A DNA stretch of 64,000 nt, taken from Rhodosorus marinus CCMP1338. Taxonomy: Eukaryota > Plantae > Rhodophyta. The stretch spans positions 186,001 through 250,000 of the forward strand of contig JAMWBK010000009.1 in NCBI GenBank assembly GCA_029953675.1. The letters are read 5' to 3'. Shown in pieces: positions 12,158 through 24,746 of this stretch. Within the stretch, counting starts at the first letter, position 1. Each line of letters starts with the position of its first letter. Both the position numbers and the translations under genes were made by a program. The notes under the pieces were generated by a model. It did no database searches, had not been told where the DNA came from, and saw only the letters and a list, made by a program, of their open reading frames with translations.

Positions 12158-13665
12158 CTACGGCCGGTAACCAGAATTCATTATCGCAATGTTCGTGTTC
12201 GCCTTCAGCTTTCCAATGTAGTACTGTCGTTTGGAGACATGATTGTCCAGTCTTCTCTTCGATTCCAGTTGCTTCCTGCTGGGGAGGGCAGCTTGCTTGT
12301 TGCTGACCGATCCCTGACCTATCATCCGGTACTCTCCCATGATTCTCGTGAGCTGAACGCTGTCCCTCGTCTCGTCCGGGCGGGGTGCCTGCTTGTAATA
12401 TCGCAGCATTGATCGATGTCCTACCCTCGCGCCTGTGTGCAAGTTCGTACGGCGGTCAGTTGCGTTTGGTTCCATGTGTTGCGAACTCCCCAAGGCAACC
12501 AAGAGGAGCCAAAGCGTACCTGAATTCAACACCAGCTCAACGGCTGTATCATCTTCAGTTGCAGTGTCTTGGGGGCCACTTGTGCCAATCGCTTCTCCAT
12601 CTGCCCCTGCTTCGTGTTTGGATAAAATCATCTCGCGCTCCTCCCCAACGACTTCCTCCCACTCTTCGCCGTCATCCAAGGCATCCTCGTCCTCCCAGGC
12701 ATAGAACTCCCCATACTCGTCGTACCAATCCTGCTCGGAATCAATCATTCGTGAATGGTTCTTGTCGATCATATGCTTCTGAGCGGAGAATACGGCGGAA
12801 AAGCTTCGCGAGCAGAAAACACAGGCATACCCAACTCCAACCTGAGGTGGAAACCGGAAGGAAGTGAAACGGAGCTGAGGACGTGAACGGGTCGCTAGAA
12901 GTAACTCGTACCGCTTTCCTCGCTACTGCTGAAAGCTCGCAAGCTCAAGGCTTTTTGCATACCTTTTCGCCCAAGTAGGTCAACAAACTTTCAACGCTCA
13001 GAAGGCTCTCGACGTAGGGAATAAAACACCCATGTAACTTTGCCATGTGCTTTGTGTTTGCCTCCACATCGTCGGAACTATGGTTACAGAAGAGGCAGTT
13101 CGTCAAGGGAATCATTTCGGCCTGTTCGAGTCTCTCTTCAACAACGTCGTGAGTCTCTTCACCTTCCATTTCCCCGTCTATGCAAATTGGAAACGAGTAC
13201 ATGTGAGAAAATCTTCTTTGAAGACGTCTCTCTCGGTTTCACAAGATCCCCCGAACCATGGGAGAAGCCTGGACTTTTTCCGCTGAACTTACCTTCGCCC
13301 TCGACCCCGTTCGCCGCTCTAACGTGATCGATATGTCTCTTTGAACGTTCATGCTGTTCCAAGGCTTTTTCGCTTGAGAAACGTTTTGAACAATACTCAC
13401 AAAGATAACCCTTTCTATCCCGTTTTTCCTTCTTGTTCGCTTCTTGCTTCGACTTCTCCTCAAGCTCCTTCACGCGAACCTCAAACTCACCCGAAGAGAT
13501 CGGTCCCAAACCAGCCACCCTCCTCTTCAAGTTAACCCGATGCCAATCCGACTGATAATGCTCACGTTGATTCTCCGCAGCAACTACAACACGACATCCC
13601 ATACAAGTTATCGACTCCCCTTTCCTCCCAGGAGCAACTCCTTGTCCAGGAACATGTTCCGACAT
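12158..13665 (-). CDS. REI1: Cytoplasmic 60S maturation factor REI1/ZNF622-like C2H2 zinc-finger protein; exons 13665-13293, 13177-12963, 12841-12158
   Basis: CMGC..HYQSDWHRVNLKRRVA, CEYCSKRF..HERSKRH, CLFC..HMAKLHG, CVFC..HMIDKNH, and C-terminal GARVGHRSMLRYYKQ. Two introns with consistent phase. Confidence 0.9.
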
Positions 13666-14612
13666 TCTCAAAACAAAAAAATTCCCCCTCTCCAGACTCT
13701 CCACAAACTAAACTCGAGAAAAACAACACGTCAGCTCTTATCTTCCTCCTTCCTACGCCTAGCTCGTCTCTCACCCCCCCACACACACACACACGTACAC
13801 AAACACAAAAAGTTTTGTCATCTTCTCGCCCGCGTCCGCCCTCCTCCGAGGCTAAGCGCTTCGAAGAAGCTTCGAAGCTCCTGAAATCCCGGTCGATCAT
13901 TATTTCCAAGATGGAGCTACTGTCCCAAAAACTCTGTCCAGAACTGTCCCAAGTGGTTTTATTGTTGTCTGGTGAGGTGGTAGTAGCGGGATTGATGAGT
14001 TTCAGTACGGGGGTAATTGTCCGGGAAGTTTTGGGGCCAAGCATATCAAGTTTGAAGATTTCGGCGAGAAGCTTCCCTTCTTAGACCTGTTTGGCTGGAT
14101 CAAATAGTTTGCCTGTGTCGCTTTGTTTGTTTTCTGGATGGCGGGTGACTTTGGGTTCAAAACGAGATTGGCCGGTGTAGTTGGGTTCCGGGCTGGTGGG
14201 ACCGAAGCTTGGCAAAGCGACAGGTCCAAAGCAGTTGTATGAAGAGCCAGTTCCACTACAGTGAGCATGGGCTACCGATAACTCAAAGCTTCAGAGCATA
14301 TTCCCTAGTAGTTCCTTAATTGGGGCGCAGGCGGAGGCGTTCAAGATGGCTTGCGCTCGAGAGGGTGCACTGGGCTTTTGATAGAGTTACATTTAGTATT
14401 TCTTTGGAAGCAACTGAACAAAAAAAAGGGCTTGACAGCAAAAAGCGAGCAGGTTTCCTTCGCTCTGCTTTCTCCATTTCACGTGATAACATGGTAGAGG
14501 GAACTCTTGCATTCCTCTCCCCTGATTTTCTCAAATGCGAGGCTGGGGAGTTTTTCATCCCTCATCAACTCGCAGCTTCCTTCCAGATTTCACCAATTTA
14601 CAATCGCAGCCA

Positions 14613-16166
14613 TCAATTCGCTGCCCTCTGCTTGCCAGTAATGTTTCGCAGAAAGTTGCCGAATCGCTTGAGCAGAGTAGGGCATACAGGAGCGACCTTA
14701 ACCTTCTCCACTTCTGCCAACTTTCTCACTAGTTCAAGCTCTTCTTTGCTCGCTCGGGTCGGGATTACAATTTTGAAGTGAACCACCTGGTTCCCTTTAC
14801 CCCTGGGACCTCTTGCCCCTACTCCGGGTACCCCGTACCCGTTCAAGACAGTCTGGTCATCCTGTTGTGTTCCTGAGGGGACTTTCACCGGTGTCGTTCC
14901 ATCGATGGTCCTCACGTCAACAGATCCACCTAGTACAGCCTATCGCCAATGTCAGCATCCACCCAAAACAAGAAAGTCTTCTGAATGAGGAAGCTAGTTC
15001 ATCGGGAGGGGTCTTCACCGTTCCAAAGTCTTAGCATCTTACCTGAGAAAATGTGATCGGGGCCACAACGTGCAGGTCAAGTCCATCCCTGTGGAAGAAA
15101 GAGTCCTCTTCAACTCTGATCTTCACGTACAGACTCCCAGCAGATCCTCCTCGAACACCCGCGTTGCCTTTCGCCGGAACGCGCAGGGAGTCCCCAGAGT
15201 CAACGCCAGGAGGAACTACAACGGTGACGGATCTCTTCCCTCTGACTTGGCCGTTTCCGTCACAAGTCCCACACGGGTTCTTCACGATTCGCCCAGATCC
15301 ACCGCACCGAGAACAGGTCGATTGCTGAATGAAAAATCCTCTTGCCATGGTCTCCATTCCGGTTCCCCGGCAGTTTCTGCAGTTGGTTATAGACGTGTCA
15401 CCTGTTTTCCCGGTTCCGTCACATCTATTACATTCCACGAGAGCGGGAACTGTAATGGTTCGCTCCATACCCTTGATTGACTCCAGAAACTGTAAGGTAA
15501 CAGTAGTCTGCAAGTCTTCACCGCGAATCTGGTGACGAAAACGAAGAAACCTACTTCAGAACTCTGCTTTGTGCGGTGCCTCGCGCGTACAGCAAAGAGC
15601 AACAACCCCATCCCTCCCCACACACCCCCCCAAAAAGCCTTCATTCTGCAGAACAAATTGCTTACCTTCGACTCCGGGCTTGGGGCTCGGTGGGCATTGC
15701 CCCCGCCGAAGAAGTCGCTCACGTCCCGTAGAAACTCTTCAGCCGTGGTTGTGTTAAAACCGCCACCAGCACCTGCACCTGCGTTTCCAAACCCACCAAA
15801 TCCACCCCCTCCAGAGAAAGGATTCTGCGTCGGATCTGCTCCCATATCGGCAGCCTGTACACCCTCCTGTCCGAATTGATCGTAAATCCTTCTCTTTTTT
15901 TCATCGCCGAGAGTCTGGTATGCCGTGTTGACCTCAGCAAACTTCTCCTTATCTCCTCCGGAATCCGGATGCAGCTCCTTCGCCAGCCTGTAGAACGCCC
16001 TCTTTATGTCAGAATGCCCAGCATTCTTCCCAACCCCAAGGATTTCATAGTAATCCTTCTTCCGCTGAGCCTGATTCGCCAAAGACCTCGTCGGTCCGTA
16101 CCCAGGCAACGACCAAAACAGCCGACCTCTCAATCTCGTCAAACCCCACCCACTGCCCAGATTCAT
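14613..16166 (-). CDS. dnaJ: Class A DnaJ/Hsp40, probably mitochondrial (Mdj1-like); exons 16166-15666, 15528-15043, 14939-14613
   Basis: J domain ([11 protein letters not shown]), G/F-rich linker, four CxxCxGxG repeats, C-terminal domain, and an Arg-rich N-terminal presequence-like segment. Introns are phase-consistent. Confidence 0.92.
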
Positions 16167-17619
16167 CCCTGGAGATCTCAGTCAAACCCTCATTCCGCAA
16201 CCCACAAAACCTGCCCAAACTTAAAAAAACTCAATCACAAACCCACATAAAGGATCCCATTCAACATCACAACCATTCAACAAAATCCAGCCAAATAATA
16301 CAAAACAAAAAACCGCTATGCCTCCTCATCATCGCCACCTAACCTTTCCCCCTTTCCCCCCCCTTTTCCCCCCTTTCCCCCACCCCCCAACCCCCCTTCC
16401 TCCAACCCCAAACCCACCCTGTCCCACCCAGAACGTCAAACCCTTCCTCACCAGCATACGTTACTACAATGTCCCTCTCACTCACTCACACTCACAAATA
16501 CCGTGGGATACCCCATTGCCTTCCTTCCTCCCCCTACTCAGTTTTTTTATTTCCTTGTTGTTTTTCAGAGCTTTACGCACGTCCTACGGTCATGAATCTT
16601 AAAAAAAACAAAATAAAAAATGCTATTCTAGCCTTCGGGCCATCGACCATCACCAATATTACCACCCCCCCCCCCTCTCCTCTCTCTCCTCGTTTTATAT
16701 AAAAAAAACCCGAACGGGTTTTTCTGAAAACATGGACGCCGTAGGTTTACCGTCCAAAAAAAATTGCAGGTTTGACAAAGTATCCTTTTTTTGTGTAGTT
16801 TTATGGACGATAGCAAATAACCTTTCAGCTAATGAGTGAAGATGTTAGGGGGGGGGGAGGGGGTTGCCGGATTGTTGAAAATATTTTCTGCTAGATGGAA
16901 AACTATGTTCATTTTTATTCGTACAAAATTATCAAGTCAGTCAAGAAGAGTAGTTTTTTTTTTCCCCTCCTAGCGAACGCATTTCTTTGAAAGGGGGTAA
17001 CTAGTCCAAGGATATCTATTAAACAAAATAAAATACTCATTTTCGTGCTTTCCATACCCCCCATTCCCCAACTTTAATTTAAACATGTCAGGAAGACTTT
17101 GAGGGGGGTAAATCGCGGTGGCACTCAGAACTCATTCGACTTCGTTTCAAAGCTGGAATGCAATATTGCGGAAAGCCTTCTCAATCATTCACCCGGGGGA
17201 TAACTTTTCCAATCAATAAACTTAAAATGCATTATATTATGTCAATGTTTTCACAGAAACTTCGATTATGGTTGGAAAATGTATTAGAATTCAAGCCAAG
17301 CGGCTTCCACGGGAGTCCGTTCGTAAGCAAAAAAGTTGACTGAAGCTGTTGAATGTTGATTGTATGAAGGCCACAGCTGTGGGACATTGATCGGCTGAAG
17401 GAGTTGTCCATAGCGGATGGTCGTTGGAGGTTGGTGAGGGTTTAGGGAAAGCTTGAGCCTTCAGAATGAGAATCAGAATGCTGCTTTCAGAAGGAACCAT
17501 TCTGAAAGTGAGAGGGGGACCCGGTAACCTCATTTGCGAAGGCGTTTTAGAATAAAGTGAGAAGAAAGGAAGACTGTGACTGTATTGAAATTATTTTGAT
17601 TTCGATTTGCAGGGTCTCA

Positions 17620-18357
17620 TGGAGTGGTGTTGTAACGGGGGTTGCCTATGGTTACTCCTGCAGCAGAACGAATGGTAATACACCTCTCCGTCGTTCGCAG
17701 TCGCGGAATCGGGAGCCCCAGCAGTCTGATATTGAGGTGCATCCTGCAATCGCTGTGATAGCCACGTACAAGAATTCCATCATTGTCAGACCTCGACGGG
17801 TTTGTGGCAACGCAGACATGACGAGATCTGTACCGAGCTAGCGAGATGGCTTAACAGATGGCAGTTCAGGGATTTTGAGCAAGAAACTTCAGACTACTGC
17901 ACGAACTCGAATCCGACCTGATCTGGTGGCTAACCACGCAAGAACATGGCAAAGATTTGCGATCGATGTGACGGTGGTCTCGATACTACAAGCCAGACAC
18001 ATTCCCAACAGCAGGGAACCAACAGCTACGCAGCGAAGCACGCGGAGCGCTGGAAACTCGCTCACTATAAGGAGGCATGGCGACAAAACACCCATACGAT
18101 AATCGAAACATTCGGCAGAACTGGCCAGATAACACAGGATTTTCTGAGGTCTCGAGCTGAGCAACGTGAGGGCTCAAATCAACAGAAAACTTTGGGCGGG
18201 GAACGCTGAGCTCGCACTAGCAGCTCTGCGTCTGAATCAGTCGGACCTGCCGTTGATTCCTGTGTTTTTCTTTTTATCGTGAGCTGGAGACCCCGGGGTG
18301 CGGGGTTAGGCTGGCCTTTTCCCTAGAAAGTGCTCGAGTTAGCAACAACAACAACAA
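17620..18357 (+). mobile_element. 5'-truncated non-LTR retrotransposon with restriction-like endonuclease (CRE/NeSL/R2-type), frameshifted
   Basis: CNRCDSHVQEFHHC zinc knuckle (17745), RHD (17814), RPDL (17914), IDVTVVS (17962), AERWKLAHY..ETFGRTG, then a 3' UTR ending in (CAA)5 at 18343-18357. Confidence 0.8.
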
Positions 18358-19043
18358 TCAGAGCCTATCTACTCGAATTGGTGTTGCGCTTGAGCATTAG
18401 GCAGCTGCCCAGTAAAGGTTACAGTTACACAAACCAGTGGCCGTGAGCCCGCAACCGATAAAGTGATGGCGGGGGCTGGTGTGTGTTAACGGATAAGGCC
18501 TACACAGTTTCAGATCCTTGGACCTGGGTGGATGAGGACGATTCAGCTCGCCAACTGCACGGATTCGTATCTGTCCGAATTCTCAGTGGGGTACACCTCC
18601 TCTGCAAGGTCGAGTCTGGATCCTTCGCACAGAACGCTTTTCTTACTGCTTGAGCTTATCATCTGCTCCTAACCGACGGTGGATCAATCCTCAGGGGGGT
18701 TTTCAATATTGCTCTATGCGCTCCGATAAGCCTGATTAGAGCTCATTGTCGGCAGCGCAAGAACAGTAAGCAGTATCACTACTTGAAGATTGACGATTCC
18801 GGGCCAAATTGGTTTTAGCACATTGTACATACAGGTATCCTTTTATCGGGGACGGAATGGCAACTCTTCTCGTCTGTGCACAGGACGCCACGCAAAAGAG
18901 GACCAGGCCAATTTCGCATGATCTACCCACCATTTAAAATTACAAAAATGTGGCCCCCATCACAACATGTCCACCTCACTGTACGAGCTCGCCATGTACA
19001 ACGAACACGGGGTGATGTTGTCGATATTAGTATTCTACACGCA

Positions 19044-20494
19044 CTACGAGTCCGAAACCACTGATTCTCCGCTAGAACTGAGCTCGTCTGTCTCTGCGCG
19101 AGTCAGCAAACGCGATTCCTCTGTTACAAACGTTCCTTTGGATATCGCAACCAAATGGGATTGCTTTTCGTGCTCCAATCGCAACAGAAGCAAACTCGCG
19201 GGCAGGCATAGACCCATCATGACTATTGCGACCAGAAATGACGGCGAATAAGAAGAAAATCGTGTCACACTGATCCCTGCCGCGGTGGATCCAGCGGCAG
19301 AGCCGAAGTGGTAAAATGACAGCATCATTGATTGAATAAAGACGGTATCGCCGATGCCGAATATGCCCGGGATAATCGTACACATGGATGCAAGCACACA
19401 GGCATATCCGCAGCCAAACATGAGCGCAAATGCGATGAAAAACGCCACCTCCGTGGTCTGTGCCATAGAGAAGTCAAATCACGACGCCACTGGGTTAGGA
19501 CCGTTCTTTACGGTCGTCCTTGTAAGCACCTGGCGATTGAATAAGTGAGTCTCACCTGTCTAAGCATGCAGGATATTGCACAAAGTGCCATGACACATCC
19601 CGTGCAGAGAACCTTCGAAGCGCCGAATCTGTCCCCAGCGTACCCCGCAATGAGCTTCGTAAACAACGCCGATGAGTTGAGCACGGACATAATCAACGCA
19701 CTACGCGTGAGGCTCATTCCACGCTCCGCGGTGAGGAAAACAGACAAGTGGTCAAAGAACGTTCCAATGACCCAGGACATAGATACATAAACTACCGCCA
19801 GAGCCCAGAATTGCCTCATTCTGAAGTAAATCCACTTGACTCCATGCTTGGTGTCCGTTTCACGCGCCATGTCCGGTGGAGGCTGCAGAATGAACAACGT
19901 GGTGGGAATAGCTGAAGCAGCAAAGATGACGGCAAGAGAAAACATTGCCGCCCTCCATCCCCCGGATTGCTCGAATATTGCAACAAAGGGCGGAACCACA
20001 ATACCAGAGATAGACCACCCCACAATGACAAGTGCACCTGCTAGCCCGATTCCATGCTTAGACCATAAGGCTACGATGCTGAAGAGCGTGGGCAGCCCGA
20101 AGAATGTTGTACATAGAGCCCATATCGCGTTGATAGCGATCAGCTCGTTCACGGTCTGTGCCAGAGGGTACAGAAAGCCGCAAACGGACGCAACCACAAC
20201 CGAGACGATCATGCACGGTCGAATTGGGAGACAAGCCAGAATAGGACCAACGACAGGCAGCAGGCACATCAAACATATCTTGTACAAATTCGAAGGCAGA
20301 GCAGCCATCTCCACAGTCACGCCCAAGTCGACGTGAATTTTCCCCAGCAAAGTCATCGGCGCAAAATACGTCAGCCCGGTGAACAAACCCCAATACAAGG
20401 ACGCCCCAAAAGCCACCACCCACGGCTGAACATCCGCCGCAAAAAGACCAACCAACCCCATTCCACAACTACCAAACTTCCCACCCTCGTGCAA
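19044..20494 (-). CDS. Major facilitator superfamily transporter (OFA/MCT-like); 5' end uncertain
   Basis: About 12 hydrophobic segments, GWRAAMF and AGYAGDRFG loop motifs. Phase-0 intron at 19555-19458. Confidence 0.85.
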
Positions 20495-21598
20495 ACAAAA
20501 CCAAAAAAATCAGCAATCACACCCCTCAATCCCTCCCACCACTCCACCACCGTATCCTTCCAAATCCTCCTCAACCAAAACAAAATCCGAATCTCAACTC
20601 TTCCCTCAGTCACCCTTAATACCCGCAAACCATTCTCACCAAAATCCCTCTAATCCATCCAAATCCAAAAGAATCAACAGTCAGCCTTCCCTCGTTAACA
20701 TCCCCTCCTTTCCCCATTTCCCCCCTCCTCTCCCATTCCTCCCCGCTCCTAATCCCCGCCTTCCCATCCCTCCCGTACCTATACCGCCTTTCTCATCGCT
20801 TCTGTTCCCATTCCATTCCGCCTTCATCACAAGATGCAAATCCTGATCTCCTCTTCCAAATAAAAAAGTAAAAGAGAAACCCCACTCTCCAAAAAAAAAA
20901 TCAAGCCCCCTAGAGGCGGGTCAATTTAACTATCCAGCCACTCCAAAAACAAACGCAAAACAATTTTTTGCTTAAAACCATAGTTTAATTCCAAGGCGTT
21001 GGAGGCGACTCACATATTTTTTGGATGCTGGTTTTCTCCCCTTTTTTTTCTCTTTTTCTCACCTAGGAAAACTTATGAAATATACAGAAAAATTTTAACC
21101 ATCTTCATCGAGTCGAGATTTCCCGTAAAAGACGGATGCTGGATCTTTATTGGTGAAATTCGAGACTCAATAAAAAGTACGCCAATGATATTTGATATTG
21201 GATGGATATATTTGTTTTATTGGATAGCTCGAAACGGATATTGTGTATTATCCAATGGTTTGCTGGTTTTGGTGCATGGGTAGGGATATCTTGAGTTTGA
21301 AGGAACGTGATTGGAAGTCACCTGGCAATGGTTGTTTTTTGAAAATGTTTTGAAGGTCGTTCGGGTGCGGCGACTGTTTAATACTCAATTTGTGAGTCAG
21401 GCACAGTTTGATAGTGAAGACTTGTCGGGGTGCTGATCGGGTTGAGTTGAAGTTTATTGCACAACTGTGAAAACGCCTATAAGAGGTAGATCAAACGCTT
21501 CTAAAGCAGCGGGTTCATCAAGCTTATGTACAGCTATAAAGCGAAAGTATCAAAGCCGTCCCGGTGGGGCCTGACAGTTGGGTCTCGTACTAAGGCCT

Positions 21599-22093
21599 TC
21601 ACTCGGCGCGGAGGTAGTCCGGATTTGTGTAGTCTTGATAGTAACGAAGCTCAACTGAGTTTTGCTCTGGATCTTTATAGTACAGACCCGTTCCGGTGCC
21701 CCTGGCTCCAGACATCTGTCCCTCGCCCCTGGTGGGGTTGATTCCGTTGGCGGCCATCACGTTCTTGATGTTTTCGTAGTCCTCGTGGTTGAGCCGGACG
21801 CAAAAGTGACTCACTTGCTGGAAACTCGCGTTTGCATCCTCCAGGGGGAAGAAATCAAGAATTGTCCCTTGATTGATCCTCACGGATGGAAATGATGCCT
21901 GGCCCTGCCTGAATTTGTCAACGTTCATCGCCGGGAATCCGAGCAGTCCATTGTAGAATTTCAGCATTGAATCGACGTCCTTACAAGCTATCGCAATGTG
22001 ATCAAGTTCCCCGACTGTTGCTCTCGTACTCGCGCTCCTCGCTGCCATTCTGCCCCTAGCCATCGACCTCCCAACAGTGCCTACGAATGCCAT
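21599..22093 (-). CDS. VOC/glyoxalase-family protein, paralog 1, putative plastid transit peptide, intronless
   Basis: MAFVG.. Ser/Arg/Ala-rich leader; ELDHIAIACKDVD..FY..LLGF, HFC, YKDPEQNSVEL VOC motifs. Confidence 0.85.
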   Translation of the reverse strand: MAFVGTVGRSMARGRMAARSASTRATVGELDHIAIACKDVDSMLKFYNGLLGFPAMNVDKFRQGQASFPSVRINQGTILDFFPLEDANASFQQVSHFCVRLNHEDYENIKNVMAANGINPTRGEGQMSGARGTGTGLYYKDPEQNSVELRYYQDYTNPDYLRAE

Positions 22094-22222
22094 TCTTTCT
22101 TCTGCAAAATCTTCTTGTGTTTCTCCGAGTCCTTTCGAAATACTATCTTCTGGTTCTTGTCTTCTCATTGTTCACTGATGCGTTCCTGATTCTGTCCAAC
22201 TTCCGAACACGTCAAGCTTTCT

Positions 22223-22231
22223 AATTTATAC
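22223..22231 (-). promoter_or_regulatory. TATA-like GTATAAATT about 130 bp upstream of VOC paralog 1
   Basis: Same core as the GTATAAATA boxes upstream of the HAD genes. Confidence 0.35.
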
Positions 22232-24266
22232 CCTGTCGTCGGCCTCAGCGAGGTTCGAATCCGCTTGATACCAGCCTCATAGATCCCGTAGCTCGCTGGA
22301 CGACCGCAATCGGTCTCGCTCAGAAACCTAGGCTCGAGAAGAACGTGGACAGTTCCATCTGCGCACGGCTGCTCAGCTGAACTTATCAGGAGCATACTCT
22401 GGAGCCCAGATTCGCTTCGGTCAGTTGCAATCCAGGCCATACGCGAAACTACCAGCCTGTAGCAATTTGCACCTCCCTCATCACTGCTCACTGTAAACGC
22501 AACCCCAACCATTCCATGCACGTGAACCTTCCAGAGGCCAGATACCTCTCAACACGGATAGAACACAAGATATCCAAAACCCACGCCCGTACAAAGATCA
22601 TCGTATGGCCACTACACTCCCCTTCCCCCCCCCCCCAAAAACCATGAAACCAAGGTGCAACACACAGCAGCAGAAAAAAAACAAAAAAACGTTCGCGGAA
22701 TTACGTTTTTTTTTCTACCCTGCTGCACAAAAACCTTAAACCTTCTACCAGGGATACCATACCCAGCCACAAAAAATCAAATTCACACGCAATAACAGCC
22801 TCCTCACTCGTAAGGGATACAATCGTTAACATCTGCTACACGACTCATCCTCCGCAATCCCTCGCCAAGCTAATCCGCCCAACTGAAACCATCTCAGAAT
22901 CACCCATCCAAAAACATTCATAAAAAAGGAACAACATCGAAATCGCCAAAAAAAAACATAATAAGCATTGCATATTAAGCACGTCATTTTTACACCCCCC
23001 TATTAAAAATAGAGCTTCTTAAATATTAAAAAATATAAAATTATACATATAAAATATAGTATGAAAATATTAGTGTGTTCTTATTTATTTTATTATTCCA
23101 TATATTGTAGAAGTAAATATGAAATGTTTAGTTATACCATGTCTTTGTTTGTTTTTATCATATTTTAAAGTTGTTGAGATAGAGGGGGGTGGGTAGTGGA
23201 AGGGATTGTCAATGTAAGTGATGAGTCACTGACGAGTAAATGTTAGTGCTGGATGTGAACGGTTCAGAGTTCAGCTACTGGAAGGAGGTTATCGATTGCT
23301 TGGTAGACATTTTTTCTCTTTGGTTTTCGTTTGATAAGGTTTGCAGGTCTGAAGGGCTGGGTGAATGCCGAGGCTTTCTAGGCGCTATGAGTTTGTGGAG
23401 GGTTCGCCCGTTGAAGGTTGGCGATATTCGGATTAAGTTGCCGGGGGCATTCGCTCATGAAGGGATTGGGAAGGTTCCTTTCTGGTCCACGTTTTGTTGA
23501 CAATCTCGTTCATTGAAGAGCTGAACTCACGGGATTTTGAAGAAATAGATCATCAGCCACTAGCGAAAGCTGGACGTGTTGGAACGCTTAGTTGATGCAG
23601 AGTTTTGATATCGAAGGGTTTTGTTGCTTGCTAGCGTTGCGGCATGAGGGGTTGCGTATGAAGCTAACATTTCGTCTGGCTGGATGACCATGATGCACAT
23701 CCTTTGGCTGGTGCACAACCTGGAGGAGAAAGCACTATTGATGCGGGAAGGGATGCTCCGTGTAACCTCCAGACGTTTGTTCCTTTTGGTTCACTGACTG
23801 CGTAAGCTAGCGTGTCTTTCGTCTGTTTTGGGATGGGTTTGTCTACTAAGGTCCTTCCTGAGTCATGTACAGCGCTCTGTCAATGTTTCCACTTTCCAAG
23901 AGCGCAACAGGACGAACCAGAACTTAAGGGCTGCTAAGCCACGAAAGAAGCAATGTCCGAGTCTAGAGAAAATCAAAACATGGAAATAACCTCCGTGGTT
24001 CTCAATTTCTGTTTATCTGGTCCAAGACATAGACCAACGAACGTAATCGCAGGCACAGCGCGTTCTTCCCTTCGACAGGAGGTCTCACCCCCTTCCCCTG
24101 TCGAAGAGAATAATACTCTTCAAAACAGAATGCCCCCCCCATTAGAAACCCGAGCACTTCTCACTTGAGAGCAAGCCCAAAGACTTTGAGACTTGAAACG
24201 AACTTTTCCTCTGTTTGAGCACTATCCGCAGATGCTCTTCCAACCGCTAACGGAGGGGAGCTGGTT

Positions 24267-24746
24267 CTACGCCGTCGAGGAAGACGCAGACTCATAGAAT
24301 CGAAGTTCAACTGTGTTGTCTTCTGGATCCTTATAGTATTGAGCGATTCCAGTTCCCCTCGCGCCAGATAGTCTGCTCTCTTTCCTCGTGGGTTCGTACC
24401 CGTTTTCGCTCAGCACTTCCTTGACGCTCACATAATCCTCTTCCTCCAACCTAATGCAGAAATGGCTGACCTGCTGGAAACTCGCGCTGGCGTCCTTAAG
24501 AGGAAAAAAGTCAATAATGGAACCTTGATTAATCCTCACCGAGGGAAACGGAACAGAACCTTCCTTGAACTTTTCCAGATTCACCGTAGGAAATCCCAAC
24601 AATCCAGAGTAAAACTTCACCATTCCATCAACGTCCTTACAAGCCAACGCAATATGATCCAGTTCTCCAACTATCTCCTTCCTCTGCGAGACTCTGACTG
24701 CCACCTTACCTCGTACTCGAGGTGCAAAGCCCGTCGTAAACGCCAT
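24267..24746 (-). CDS. VOC/glyoxalase-family protein, paralog 2, putative plastid transit peptide, intronless
   Basis: MAFTTGF.. leader; ELDHIALACKDVD, HFC, YKDPEDNTVEL; clearly homologous to 21599-22093. Confidence 0.85.
   Translation of the reverse strand: MAFTTGFAPRVRGKVAVRVSQRKEIVGELDHIALACKDVDGMVKFYSGLLGFPTVNLEKFKEGSVPFPSVRINQGSIIDFFPLKDASASFQQVSHFCIRLEEEDYVSVKEVLSENGYEPTRKESRLSGARGTGIAQYYKDPEDNTVELRFYESASSSTA

Noticed and set aside
13850-14600. Coding-like ORFs between REI1 and DnaJ
   Set aside because: Overlapping ORFs on both strands with no motif or consistent splice model.
16704-16723. Short hairpins with A/T-tract arms (also 22683-22714)
   Set aside because: The arms are mostly homopolymer, so chance occurrence is likely; no Helitron CTRR end or terminator role is supported.
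22247-22270. Perfect B-box/T-loop GGTTCGAATCC suggesting a tRNA or SINE
   Set aside because: No acceptor stem, D-arm or A-box could be built around it.
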